Origin: a virus
Reading direction: 5' to 3' (one strand)
DNA: 64,000 nt
IMG/VR virus record: IMGVR_UViG_3300046534_001374
Coordinates: 1-64,000 of that record
Shown here: positions 36,894-44,215 of the stretch, piece after piece
Position numbering within the stretch: the stretch's first letter is position 1
Layout of the letters: every line of letters starts with the position of its first letter
Translations under genes and position numbers: made by a program
Notes under the pieces: generated by a model
Databases searched by the model: none
Told to the model about the DNA's origin: nothing
Seen by the model: the letters and a program-made list of their open reading frames with translations, nothing else

Positions 36894-36936
36894 ACATCTA
36901 CTTATCTGTTACACACTACTGGTAGCGAACTAATTC

Positions 36937-37203
36937 TTATGGAAAGATCAAAGCAACTTTTCCGCTTTCGTGTTCTATTTTAAATTCTTCCCACTCTACT
37001 TCATCATCAAAACCAGCGTCATCGGCAGACCAATTTGGGTCGTATAGCTGGGCATCCCAACCAGAACTACCTTTAACATAAAAACATTCGGTATGGACAC
37101 CCGCAATAGTTTCATAACCATTACCTTCGGCATTCTTTTGGAGGATGATTTCCATATCGTCAGGGATATCTTTAATTTGTTCTTTTAGTTTTCCAATCGT
37201 CAT
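36937..37203 (-). CDS. Hypothetical protein
   Basis: MTIGKLKEQIKDIPDD...AEGN small acidic protein. Confidence 0.65.
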   Translation of the reverse strand: MTIGKLKEQIKDIPDDMEIILQKNAEGNGYETIAGVHTECFYVKGSSGWDAQLYDPNWSADDAGFDDEVEWEEFKIEHESGKVALIFP

Positions 37204-37456
37204 TATTTTATATTAACATTCCGATTATACTTTTCAAGTGTTTCTATAAAATGAATCTCACATTCGGACTATACCGCTCACATACATCGTAGACTTGAGA
37301 CCAATCTACGTGAGTTTTGAATTGTCGGAGATCAAGCCGACTCACATTAAATTTAAACTAGGTTAGCACGACACACTTTAGTTTTACGAACCACGACATC
37401 GTGCTGTCTCAGTCCACTTATGCGATCCCTATCTCAGGGGTATCCACCGTTTAAAT

Positions 37457-37529
37457 TGGTAGCTCGTCCGAGAATCGAACTCGGCTGGAAAGCATATGAA
37501 ACTTTCTACTTCACCTGAAGTAACGAGCA
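37457..37529 (-). tRNA. tRNA with CAT anticodon (Met or Ile2)
   Basis: AAAGT-TTCATAT-GCTTT arm; short D arm; CCA. Confidence 0.78.
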
Positions 37530-37532
37530 GTT

Positions 37533-37790
37533 TTAACCTGCATTAAAAGAACTACAAATAATTGTGCCTTCTTTTTGTCTTTGGTTTGCTTTACCTATAC
37601 ACTCAACTGTAATTGAATTCAGATCAGATGTCCAACCACAATTCCGATTGTGTGACATATCAGTGTCTTTATAGAATTCGTGATTAGGGTAATAAGTAAG
37701 TGCTTTTTGTTTTGATTTTGAAACTACGACAAAGGAATCATAACAGTCGTAACTTTTATTTTTATCTTGTTGGAGTAAGTAAATGTTCAT
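37533..37790 (-). CDS. Hypothetical protein
   Basis: YDCYDSFVV...CSSFNAG pattern. Confidence 0.7.
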   Translation of the reverse strand: MNIYLLQQDKNKSYDCYDSFVVVSKSKQKALTYYPNHEFYKDTDMSHNRNCGWTSDLNSITVECIGKANQRQKEGTIICSSFNAG

Positions 37791-37958
37791 GTTGGTATAC
37801 TACCGTGCTAATGAGAATTTGTCAAGCCAGTTTCTAAATTTATTCTCATCTTCGGTCAACCTAGAATCCTTAAAACATATGAAGCCCATACTCGTTTCTC
37901 ATCGAGTAATAACTCTAACGTATCTTCTGTATCAAACTCCAACGCTTCATATTTTGCA

Positions 37959-38228
37959 CTATAAATTCTCTGATATCTTAGGGGTTATGGCGGGAGGAAT
38001 CGGGACTTGAATCACCTTTGACTTGAAGTAGTTTGTTTTACCACAAACCACACAATCCCCTGTCCAATAGTCTCCATCTCTTTGAGTTGAAAATTGTTTT
38101 ACCTCATCCCCCTGTTCCGAATAGTGTTTTACCTCATCTTCTTCTGCCTCTAATTCAGACTTACATTTGTTGCAAGTGCATGTATATACAGTTTTGGAAA
38201 TATGCGTTCCTCTTTTGATTACTTTCAT
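37959..38228 (-). CDS. Zinc-ribbon hypothetical protein
   Basis: CNKC...CVVC motifs. Confidence 0.65.
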   Translation of the reverse strand: MKVIKRGTHISKTVYTCTCNKCKSELEAEEDEVKHYSEQGDEVKQFSTQRDGDYWTGDCVVCGKTNYFKSKVIQVPIPPAITPKISENL

Positions 38229-38277
38229 ATTGAATTGGTAGTGATGAATAACTCCTTAAAAAGCTAGGAGTATAGTT

Positions 38278-38367
38278 TGGCAGACTAGCATAGCATCGAA
38301 CTATTACCCCATCTCTGACGCACTATGCTTTTCAAGAGCATTTGAGGAGCCGACCTCAGACTAGTCC
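38278..38367 (-). tRNA. tRNA-Ser(TGA)
   Basis: ATGCT-CTTGAAA-AGCAT arm, variable arm, G73, CCA. Confidence 0.85.
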
Positions 38368-38371
38368 ATTT

Positions 38372-39034
38372 TTAAATCTTTTTGATATACATTTGCCCCT
38401 TAATATTTTCGGGAACTCTCATTCCATACGTCATACTAAGAAAATCTCCCGAAAAATCATTAGGATGCATATACTTTATTCTGTGGATAAAATTCTTAAT
38501 GTAAAATTTGATACCAATACCGTCAATACTAACTCTGCATTCACCAATTCTATTCGGCTCTATCGCAAAGGTGGTTTTAATATCAGGATCAAATTGGCTA
38601 ACTATAGTATATCTTCCCGCATTCAAAAGGTTGAATATAATTCTCTTATGGATTTCTCTTTCTATCACAGGTAAAGCTCTATCGAACTTATTGTCACCAG
38701 AAGAAATTCTCCTGTTGCACATTTCCATACCGTCCACAATAAAGTCTGTGGTCATTTTGGTTTCGACATATGGTGCAAATACCACGCTATCCTTCAGATC
38801 TCGGGATAACATGCTGACAACATCATTCTGGTCTGTATAGTCTACGCGAGGAAGACAACTAGTGATGTTTGCCATACTTTTGGTTGAGTTGATTAAATCG
38901 ACCCACAAACCATAATCAAAAAATTTCTTGTGACTGAATATGGGTGACGGTTTGACACCGCCAATATTCAGTTTAGAATATGTTACTACTGGAGTAGCGA
39001 GGAGTAGTGTTGATAAAAAGGTTCGTTTTTTCAT
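38372..39034 (-). CDS. Hypothetical protein with weak gp23-like segments and signal-like N-terminus
   Basis: MKKRTFLSTLLLA; VVFAPYV, EREIHKRII and MTYG segments. Confidence 0.55.
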   Translation of the reverse strand: MKKRTFLSTLLLATPVVTYSKLNIGGVKPSPIFSHKKFFDYGLWVDLINSTKSMANITSCLPRVDYTDQNDVVSMLSRDLKDSVVFAPYVETKMTTDFIVDGMEMCNRRISSGDNKFDRALPVIEREIHKRIIFNLLNAGRYTIVSQFDPDIKTTFAIEPNRIGECRVSIDGIGIKFYIKNFIHRIKYMHPNDFSGDFLSMTYGMRVPENIKGQMYIKKI

Positions 39035-39040
39035 AAATGT

Positions 39041-39184
39041 ATGTTGTTTGATCCTAGTAAGGAGGAGTTACAGGAAAAAATTTCTAGTGGGCTACCTTTA
39101 ACTAAAATTGGTCAGTATTATGGTGTTTCGGTTAATGCTATCCGAAAACGTTGTAAAAAACTACAAATAAGTTTCAAAAGGTAG
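39041..39184 (+). CDS. Stand-alone HTH / homing-endonuclease remnant (47 aa)
   Basis: PSKEEL...TKIGQYYGVSVNAIRKRCKKL. Confidence 0.6.
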   Translation: MLFDPSKEELQEKISSGLPLTKIGQYYGVSVNAIRKRCKKLQISFKR

Positions 39185-39186
39185 AT

Positions 39187-39262
39187 TGGCTCTAGATTGT
39201 GGTAACGCTCCACACGCTCTCTTCTTAACAGGAAGGCCCGTTCGCTTGCTCGGTCATCTAGA
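39187..39262 (-). tRNA. tRNA-Asn(GTT), atypical T loop
   Basis: Loop CT-GTT-AA; T loop AGCGTTA; G73; CCA. Confidence 0.8.
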
Positions 39263-39265
39263 ATT

Positions 39266-39340
39266 TGGCAGTATAGGAAGGACTCGAACCTTCATTTTAT
39301 GGATCAACAATCCACGGCATTGCCATTATGCTACTATACT
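39266..39340 (-). tRNA. tRNA-Asn(GTT)
   Basis: GTGGA-TTGTTGA-TCCAT arm; CCA. Confidence 0.85.
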
Positions 39341-39456
39341 ATGTTTATAAGCCATAAGGTCTAATCTTTCGATCTACAGGGGTAGCGTAGTGATCATCTG
39401 GTATGCTGGCCAGACATCGTTATCCTTATTGTTGTTTAAGCGTATGCTTATAAAAT

Positions 39457-39532
39457 TGGTCCGCTAGGAGGGAGACGATCCCCCAACCTTGTCGTTAAAA
39501 GCGACCTGCTCTGCCTATTGAGCTACTAGCGG
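39457..39532 (-). tRNA. tRNA-Lys(TTT)
   Basis: Loop CT-TTT-AA; CCA. Confidence 0.88.
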
Positions 39533-39631
39533 TTTAAAAATTGTGTCGTATGGGTATCGATCCCACTTATTACCTAACCTCCACTTTTCACAGCTTTGGA
39601 TGCCACCTGATACGACCCTTAAAATATGACT

Positions 39632-39707
39632 TACTCTAACCTCTGGAATTGAACCAGAGTCTGCCGCTTTATAAGCCGCCGTAATTTCCAATTATACCAA
39701 GTTATTT
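39632..39707 (-). pseudogene. Degenerate tRNA, anticodon ATA or TAT
   Basis: D and T arms intact, GCGGCTTATAAAGCGGC arm, broken acceptor stem. Confidence 0.5.
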
Positions 39708-39749
39708 CTGTCCACAACCAAAGAGCAAATAACTCTCTCAGATCATGTT

Positions 39750-39824
39750 TGAAGTCAAGAGTTAGATTCGAACTAACGACACTCCCTCAATTAAAGGCTG
39801 CTCTAACCACTGAGCTATCTTGAC
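39750..39824 (-). tRNA. tRNA-like RNA with malformed anticodon loop, paralog of 35127..35204
   Basis: Canonical D and T arms and acceptor; GCCTT-TAATTG-AGGGA arm; 3' T-TCA. Confidence 0.6.
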
Positions 39825-39828
39825 TTAT

Positions 39829-39868
39829 GGTATTTTACGGGTCTACCCGCTCCTGACTATACCTAGCC
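39829..39868 (-). ncRNA. Inter-tRNA pseudoknot element, copy 2
   Basis: 37/40 identical to copy 1, with a compensatory A-T to G-C change in the hairpin. Confidence 0.7.
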
Positions 39869-39870
39869 TT

Positions 39871-40043
39871 TGGTGTCCCATGTGGGGATTCGAACCCTAC
39901 TCACATTATATCCTTTGTCAATTACTAATGCATTTTCTTTGACACTCTATTTCCTGTGGGCCGATACTTCATCTTACGACTTCTTCGGGCACACTTCTTA
40001 CACTACGTTTAAGTAGTAGCTCTAGCCATTGAGCTAATGGGAC
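39871..40043 (-). ncRNA. tRNA-like RNA with ~95-nt variable-region insert
   Basis: GTCCCAT/ATGGGAC-A-CCA, D arm, ACTAC-TTAAAC-GTAGT arm, long insert, GGGTTCGAATCCC. Confidence 0.7.
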
Positions 40044-40113
40044 TTTTAATTCTCATAACAAATACAAGTCAACATGAAATTGTAATGTTGTAAAGGTTTA
40101 TCTTAACTTAATT

Positions 40114-40206
40114 TGGAGCGGAGGAACCGATTCGAACGGCTATCTGTTCTCAGTTGTATAAGGTTAGGCTTGGATTCGCCCTGTGCTGCCATTACACCAC
40201 CTCCGC
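40114..40206 (-). tRNA. Atypical tRNA-Gly(TCC)-like RNA
   Basis: GCGGAGG/CCTCCGC-T-CCA Gly-type acceptor; 8-nt loop GAATCCAA; unstructured long variable region. Confidence 0.55.
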
Positions 40207-40215
40207 TTTTTACTG

Positions 40216-40608
40216 TTACCAGTCAATATTTATAACGTATTCTCCTGCTTCGATCAAGCCCTTTTTGAATAAATCGTCAAAGAGTATTTCGATGTTTGGA
40301 AAGAAATTCCGTTCCCAAAACATTTCAAGAGTCCAAGCAGAGTCGGATTCTGAAAGTTGTTCTGTGGGATCTCGCTCAAGCCAGTCTTTCAAAGAAACAG
40401 AACCATACTCATTTTTAATGATATCCTCTAGGACATATCCTTCTAGGACATATCCTTCTTCAACATCTTTCACAGGAACTTTTACATATTGGGTTCCTCT
40501 TGCTCTACAACCAAATTGTTGCTGAAAGCTAAAAGGTCTTTTGTAAGTTTCCTCGATGAAATCGTCCAAATCTGAGACTTGGACATATTTTATGGTTTCG
40601 TATTTCAT
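40216..40608 (-). CDS. Hypothetical protein
   Basis: 130-aa ORF ending GEYVINIDW. Confidence 0.7.
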   Translation of the reverse strand: MKYETIKYVQVSDLDDFIEETYKRPFSFQQQFGCRARGTQYVKVPVKDVEEGYVLEGYVLEDIIKNEYGSVSLKDWLERDPTEQLSESDSAWTLEMFWERNFFPNIEILFDDLFKKGLIEAGEYVINIDW

Positions 40609-40632
40609 GTTTTATGTTTTATGGTTTAAATT

Positions 40633-40929
40633 CTATTCGAAATACCGTTCGTTGTCAAGAGGAAACCATCTGTTTCTCACTGACTTGGCGTAGTCTTCAA
40701 CACTACCCTCAAACTCATCGAACACTGTTTTGACTCGGCCATCTACTGAATCACCGTATGAATGGAACAATTCTAGAAACTCGATTGCCCTTCCGGCAAC
40801 ACTAATATGGCGTTTAAAATCACCTACTGGTGGATTCTTCTTCGCGCAGAAATCATCTACTGTTGCCAGTAGGCATTCTGCGATGTAAATTGCTGCCTTC
40901 GTCGGGTTGCATACGTTGATTCTCTTCAT
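40633..40929 (-). CDS. Hypothetical protein
   Basis: 98-aa ORF with upstream TTGACA promoter-like sequence. Confidence 0.65.
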   Translation of the reverse strand: MKRINVCNPTKAAIYIAECLLATVDDFCAKKNPPVGDFKRHISVAGRAIEFLELFHSYGDSVDGRVKTVFDEFEGSVEDYAKSVRNRWFPLDNERYFE

Positions 40930-40973
40930 GTCGTTAAGGTATATTGTTTGGGTTGTTTTGTCAACGTTTAAAT

Positions 40974-41048
40974 TGGTTACAGGAGAAGAAATCGAATCTT
41001 CGTAGAAAGGGATATGAACCCTATCAGGGAACCAACACCCTTCCTGCT
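40974..41048 (-). tRNA. Initiator tRNA-fMet(CAT)
   Basis: 1:72 mismatch; three G-C pairs closing the TTCATAT loop; CCA. Confidence 0.85.
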
Positions 41049-41129
41049 ATTTGGAGATTAACAACAAACTCAATCATTGTCAACCTTTATCAACAGGAAA
41101 AATCATTTTTGTTTCTCCTGTCTTTCTAT

Positions 41130-41178
41130 AGCGAACGTCCTGCCATTTCTGGGGGCACCGAATTTTAATCTCTCCGCT
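41130..41178 (-). ncRNA. Conserved post-attenuator structured RNA, copy 3
   Basis: AGCGGA-GAGATTAAAATTC-GGTG-CCCCCA-GAAA-TGGCAGG-ACG-TTCGCT. Confidence 0.85.
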
Positions 41179-41184
41179 TGAAAT

Positions 41185-41257
41185 AAAAAACCCATTTAAC
41201 TGTTAAGCTAAATGGGTGTCGTATTTCTAAAATCTTTATTTTATACTTAACACACCC
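41185..41257 (-). promoter_or_regulatory. Attenuator 3: antiterminator overlapping an intrinsic terminator
   Basis: Terminator ACCCATTTAGC/GTTAAATGGGT plus T run; competing GGGTGT/ACACCC helix from the last leader codons. Confidence 0.8.
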
Positions 41258-41324
41258 GCAGGGAATTACTTCTCTTGCAAAAGAGAGATCTTCCTAAATT
41301 TATGTTTGACATAATGTGTTTCAT
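41247..41324 (-). CDS. Leader peptide 3, MKHIMSNINLGRSLFCKRSNSLRVC
   Basis: Manual translation; 20/25 codons specify Met/Lys/Ile/Ser/Asn/Leu/Arg/Phe; promoter TTGCAA-16-TATAAGTA upstream. Confidence 0.8.
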   Translation of the reverse strand: MKHIMSNINLGRSLFCKRSNSLRVC

Positions 41325-41514
41325 TGGCTTTGTTGTTATTACTTATAGCAGAGGTTTGCTCTTTTGCAATTAAAATGTTAATTTTTTTAAGTTGGTGTTA
41401 GAGCGGGATTTGCACCCACATATTGTAGCTATATCAATATTCCACATACTACTTCAAAATCACTCACTTTCTAGAATTAAGAGCAATTTTTGCAGTGGAC
41501 CTAAACTTTTAAAT

Positions 41515-41637
41515 TGGAGATCTTGGATGGGGTTGAACCACACTAACCCTAAGCTTTCGGGGTATTCCTTATATTACCGACTCTTCGGAATTTATAGAGT
41601 GCTAGCCCTTTATAAATTCCTGCAATAAGCCAAGACC
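41515..41637 (-). ncRNA. tRNA-like RNA (acceptor, T arm and CCA with long internal hairpins)
   Basis: GGTCTTGG/CCAAGATC-T-CCA; GGAATTTATAAAG/CTCTATAAATTCC hairpin. Confidence 0.55.
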
Positions 41638-41932
41638 TTGTTGGGGGTTATTTGTAACCTAGATCCACCGAGGTAGTGGACTTCCTTGCTTTCCGCTTTC
41701 TGCCGCAAAGAGCGCATAGGCATCTTTTAGAGCTTTAGCCGAATCTCTATATCCTGATTCGCTGGATTGCATACTCAGAGATCCGCCTTTACAGGCATAT
41801 CGGTTTGAATGTGACGATTGGGCTGTTTTGTATTTGTTTTCAAGTTCTTCTAACATTGTTTTGTTTTCGTTTCTTTCGATGTTTTTAAATTAGCACGGGG
41901 TTTATAATTCGGCAAGTGCTAACTTGAGTTTT

Positions 41933-42295
41933 TTAAATTTTGTATTTTGCACGGATGTCTTCAAAAAGCATAGGCTCCTCGTTGACCATGAAAATGTGGA
42001 ACGAGAGGCTTTTAGCCAAGCTATCCGAGATTTTCAGAGTATCGAACTCAGCAACCATTGGCTTATCCTCGTCGATATCCATCATGGAGACTTCCTCAAG
42101 AGTGACCACACCATCCTCTGTAATGGTCAGAACGTAATCACCACGCTCACCGAGGTTGTAAAATACCCGAGACCCTTTGGTGTGTTTGGATGGATACTCC
42201 ACTTGGAATTCTCTGCCTTCAAAGGTAACTCCATAGACTTTGAATTCATATTCTTGGACTACCCTTACTAGTTCGTTTCTCAGTTCGTTTCTCAT
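41933..42295 (-). CDS. Hypothetical protein
   Basis: 120-aa ORF with upstream promoter-like sequence. Confidence 0.65.
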   Translation of the reverse strand: MRNELRNELVRVVQEYEFKVYGVTFEGREFQVEYPSKHTKGSRVFYNLGERGDYVLTITEDGVVTLEEVSMMDIDEDKPMVAEFDTLKISDSLAKSLSFHIFMVNEEPMLFEDIRAKYKI

Positions 42296-42568
42296 AACGA
42301 CCGGACTATACCCAATTTTTAGAGTTTCGTCAATTTAAATTTTAATTTCATTTTGTCCTTGCAAAATGAAATAAATGCCTTATGCTGATAGCATGATTGA
42401 ATTATTAATTGTCCTAGCTGTATTGGGAGCCGCTTTATTATTGTGTGTCGGAATTATTTTCGTTGTCTTTAAAATCATTATGCTGTTATCGGGAGCAGTA
42501 TTTGCCTTTTTGGATATGTTCTAGAAATCCCGTAAGCTAATGCTTATAGGCTTTCTCATCCACCAAAC

Positions 42569-43678
42569 CTAAAACCCTGTTAGGTTTCCTAAAACCTCTA
42601 TACCTTGGTTGATTGTATCGCACAATGTTCTGGGGTCTGTGTTTATAGCCCTCAATTTATTTCCCTTGTGGATATACTCGTGTTGAAGATTTCTATACGG
42701 TGGTAGCATTTCACTTACTTGTAAATTGCACGAGTATACTTCAGGGATTGGTTCGCCGTCAACATAAAGAAAGTTGCCCTGTCCTTGGTAGTCGAAATTA
42801 AATTTAACAATAGGTATGAACCGTAAACCTTTAATTTCCACCTCACCCACTACAGGAGAATCCTCAATCCATTTGTTTCTAGATCTTGCAGACACCATGT
42901 AAGACATAAATCTAACAAATTCGATATTTCTCTTAGTCGTTGCTTCATCAAACGTGTTGATCAAGTCAAAGCTTAAATTATAATCGGGTGTTAGTGCTTG
43001 CCCTCGGTAAAACCTATCCGAACTACTAGTAGCATTAACCGAAGGGTAAATTGCCCTAGCTACAGAATTACCAATACCACCTAAGTTTCTAGTTAGAGAG
43101 CCGCCCATTAATAGCTTACCGGCATTGCCGCCAGCCAAAGCACTATTTTGGAAGAAGCTAGAAGCACTATTCATAATATTCCCTATAGGGTTTGAACCCT
43201 CACCCTCGCCGTCACCAAATTGGGTGTTATAGGTCTGAGGTAATAAACTCAGCATAGGAAGTTTGATGGTCCATTTGAGATCATCGGCAATCAACATGTT
43301 GGCATATGGATTGGTGATATAAGAATTGATTTTTTCCATAAGAGATGAATCTTTAGGAAGCTGATCCGCTATCTGAAACCCTTGGGTTAGTGTTGTAAAC
43401 AGATTTGTAATCATCGAACTATACTTTGGTTGAAATAATTTGATAGTATAACTAACCAAATCCTTTTTAGCAAAAGCAGGATTCAATGACCATGAAGTAG
43501 ATTGTGTTAAATCGATAACCCCCGCAGTTCTAGAAGGGGCTACATATGGTTGGGCTGGATCATTGCTATCCATTTTGAATTTAATAGCATCTCCAAAAAT
43601 CCCCGATTTTGAACCGCGAGATTTCCCTAGTTCAAATTCGCTTTGAACTATCTGGTCGTTGAATACATTTACAGCCAT
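42569..43678 (-). CDS. Putative baseplate/tail structural protein (gp48-like)
   Basis: Follows the gp25-like gene; beta-rich C-terminus (YNLSFDL...IPEVYSCNLQVSEM). Confidence 0.45.
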   Translation of the reverse strand: MAVNVFNDQIVQSEFELGKSRGSKSGIFGDAIKFKMDSNDPAQPYVAPSRTAGVIDLTQSTSWSLNPAFAKKDLVSYTIKLFQPKYSSMITNLFTTLTQGFQIADQLPKDSSLMEKINSYITNPYANMLIADDLKWTIKLPMLSLLPQTYNTQFGDGEGEGSNPIGNIMNSASSFFQNSALAGGNAGKLLMGGSLTRNLGGIGNSVARAIYPSVNATSSSDRFYRGQALTPDYNLSFDLINTFDEATTKRNIEFVRFMSYMVSARSRNKWIEDSPVVGEVEIKGLRFIPIVKFNFDYQGQGNFLYVDGEPIPEVYSCNLQVSEMLPPYRNLQHEYIHKGNKLRAINTDPRTLCDTINQGIEVLGNLTGF

Positions 43679-43686
43679 GCTTTTAT

Positions 43687-44163
43687 TTAGGCTTGAGCTT
43701 CAATTCCATTGTTCCTACTAAAATCAACCTGTAGGCTGATATCCCGTTCATTTAAAGTCGGTATTGCAAAGAAGATTTCAACATTATAGATGCCTTTGAT
43801 TTTATCTACATTTATATTAATATCCTGAACCACAACTCTAGGTTCTTGTTTTAGAGTCTCTTCCAGATCCTCGCCCAACATCTGGGCATTCTCTTCTGAT
43901 ATTTGTTCGAATAGGTATTCATCCAATTCATTTCCGTAAGCTGTATCAAGAATTCTAGTCCCCTTTCGTATAGAAAGTAGGTTTACTAGAGAATTTCGTA
44001 TAGCGAAAAGATCATTAACCGCGATTTTGGTAGATTTGAAATTGCTATTTCTGCTAAAATTTAGATCTCGGTAGGTGTAATCCCCCGCGTTTCCATTTTT
44101 TAAACTAAAATCTTGTATGACAATACTCACAATAGTATTTATACCTGATTGGCGAATTAACAA
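43687..44163 (-). CDS. Baseplate wedge subunit, gp25-like (start probably GTG at 44130)
   Basis: YRDL, AIRNSLVNLL..RKGTR, YG...YLFE and EPRV motifs. Confidence 0.88.
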   Translation of the reverse strand: MLIRQSGINTIVSIVIQDFSLKNGNAGDYTYRDLNFSRNSNFKSTKIAVNDLFAIRNSLVNLLSIRKGTRILDTAYGNELDEYLFEQISEENAQMLGEDLEETLKQEPRVVVQDININVDKIKGIYNVEIFFAIPTLNERDISLQVDFSRNNGIEAQA

Positions 44164-44215
44164 AAAGCCTAGTTTTTAGGCTAGGCTTTGTTTGGATATA
44201 TATATTAATATCCGA

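Noticed and set aside
39345-39453. Hammerhead ribozyme (CAGATGA...GAAA)
   Set aside because: The core is not CUGANGA, and the three stems could not be assembled.
39871-40043. tmRNA
   Set aside because: It is too short, has a full D arm, and lacks both a G3:U70 pair and a recognisable tag ORF.
18883-41628. Plus-strand ORF calls overlapping tRNAs or leaders (e.g. 18883, 19734, 27075, 28920, 40944, 41392)
   Set aside because: These are shadow frames antisense to RNA genes or leaders, with no protein-like features.
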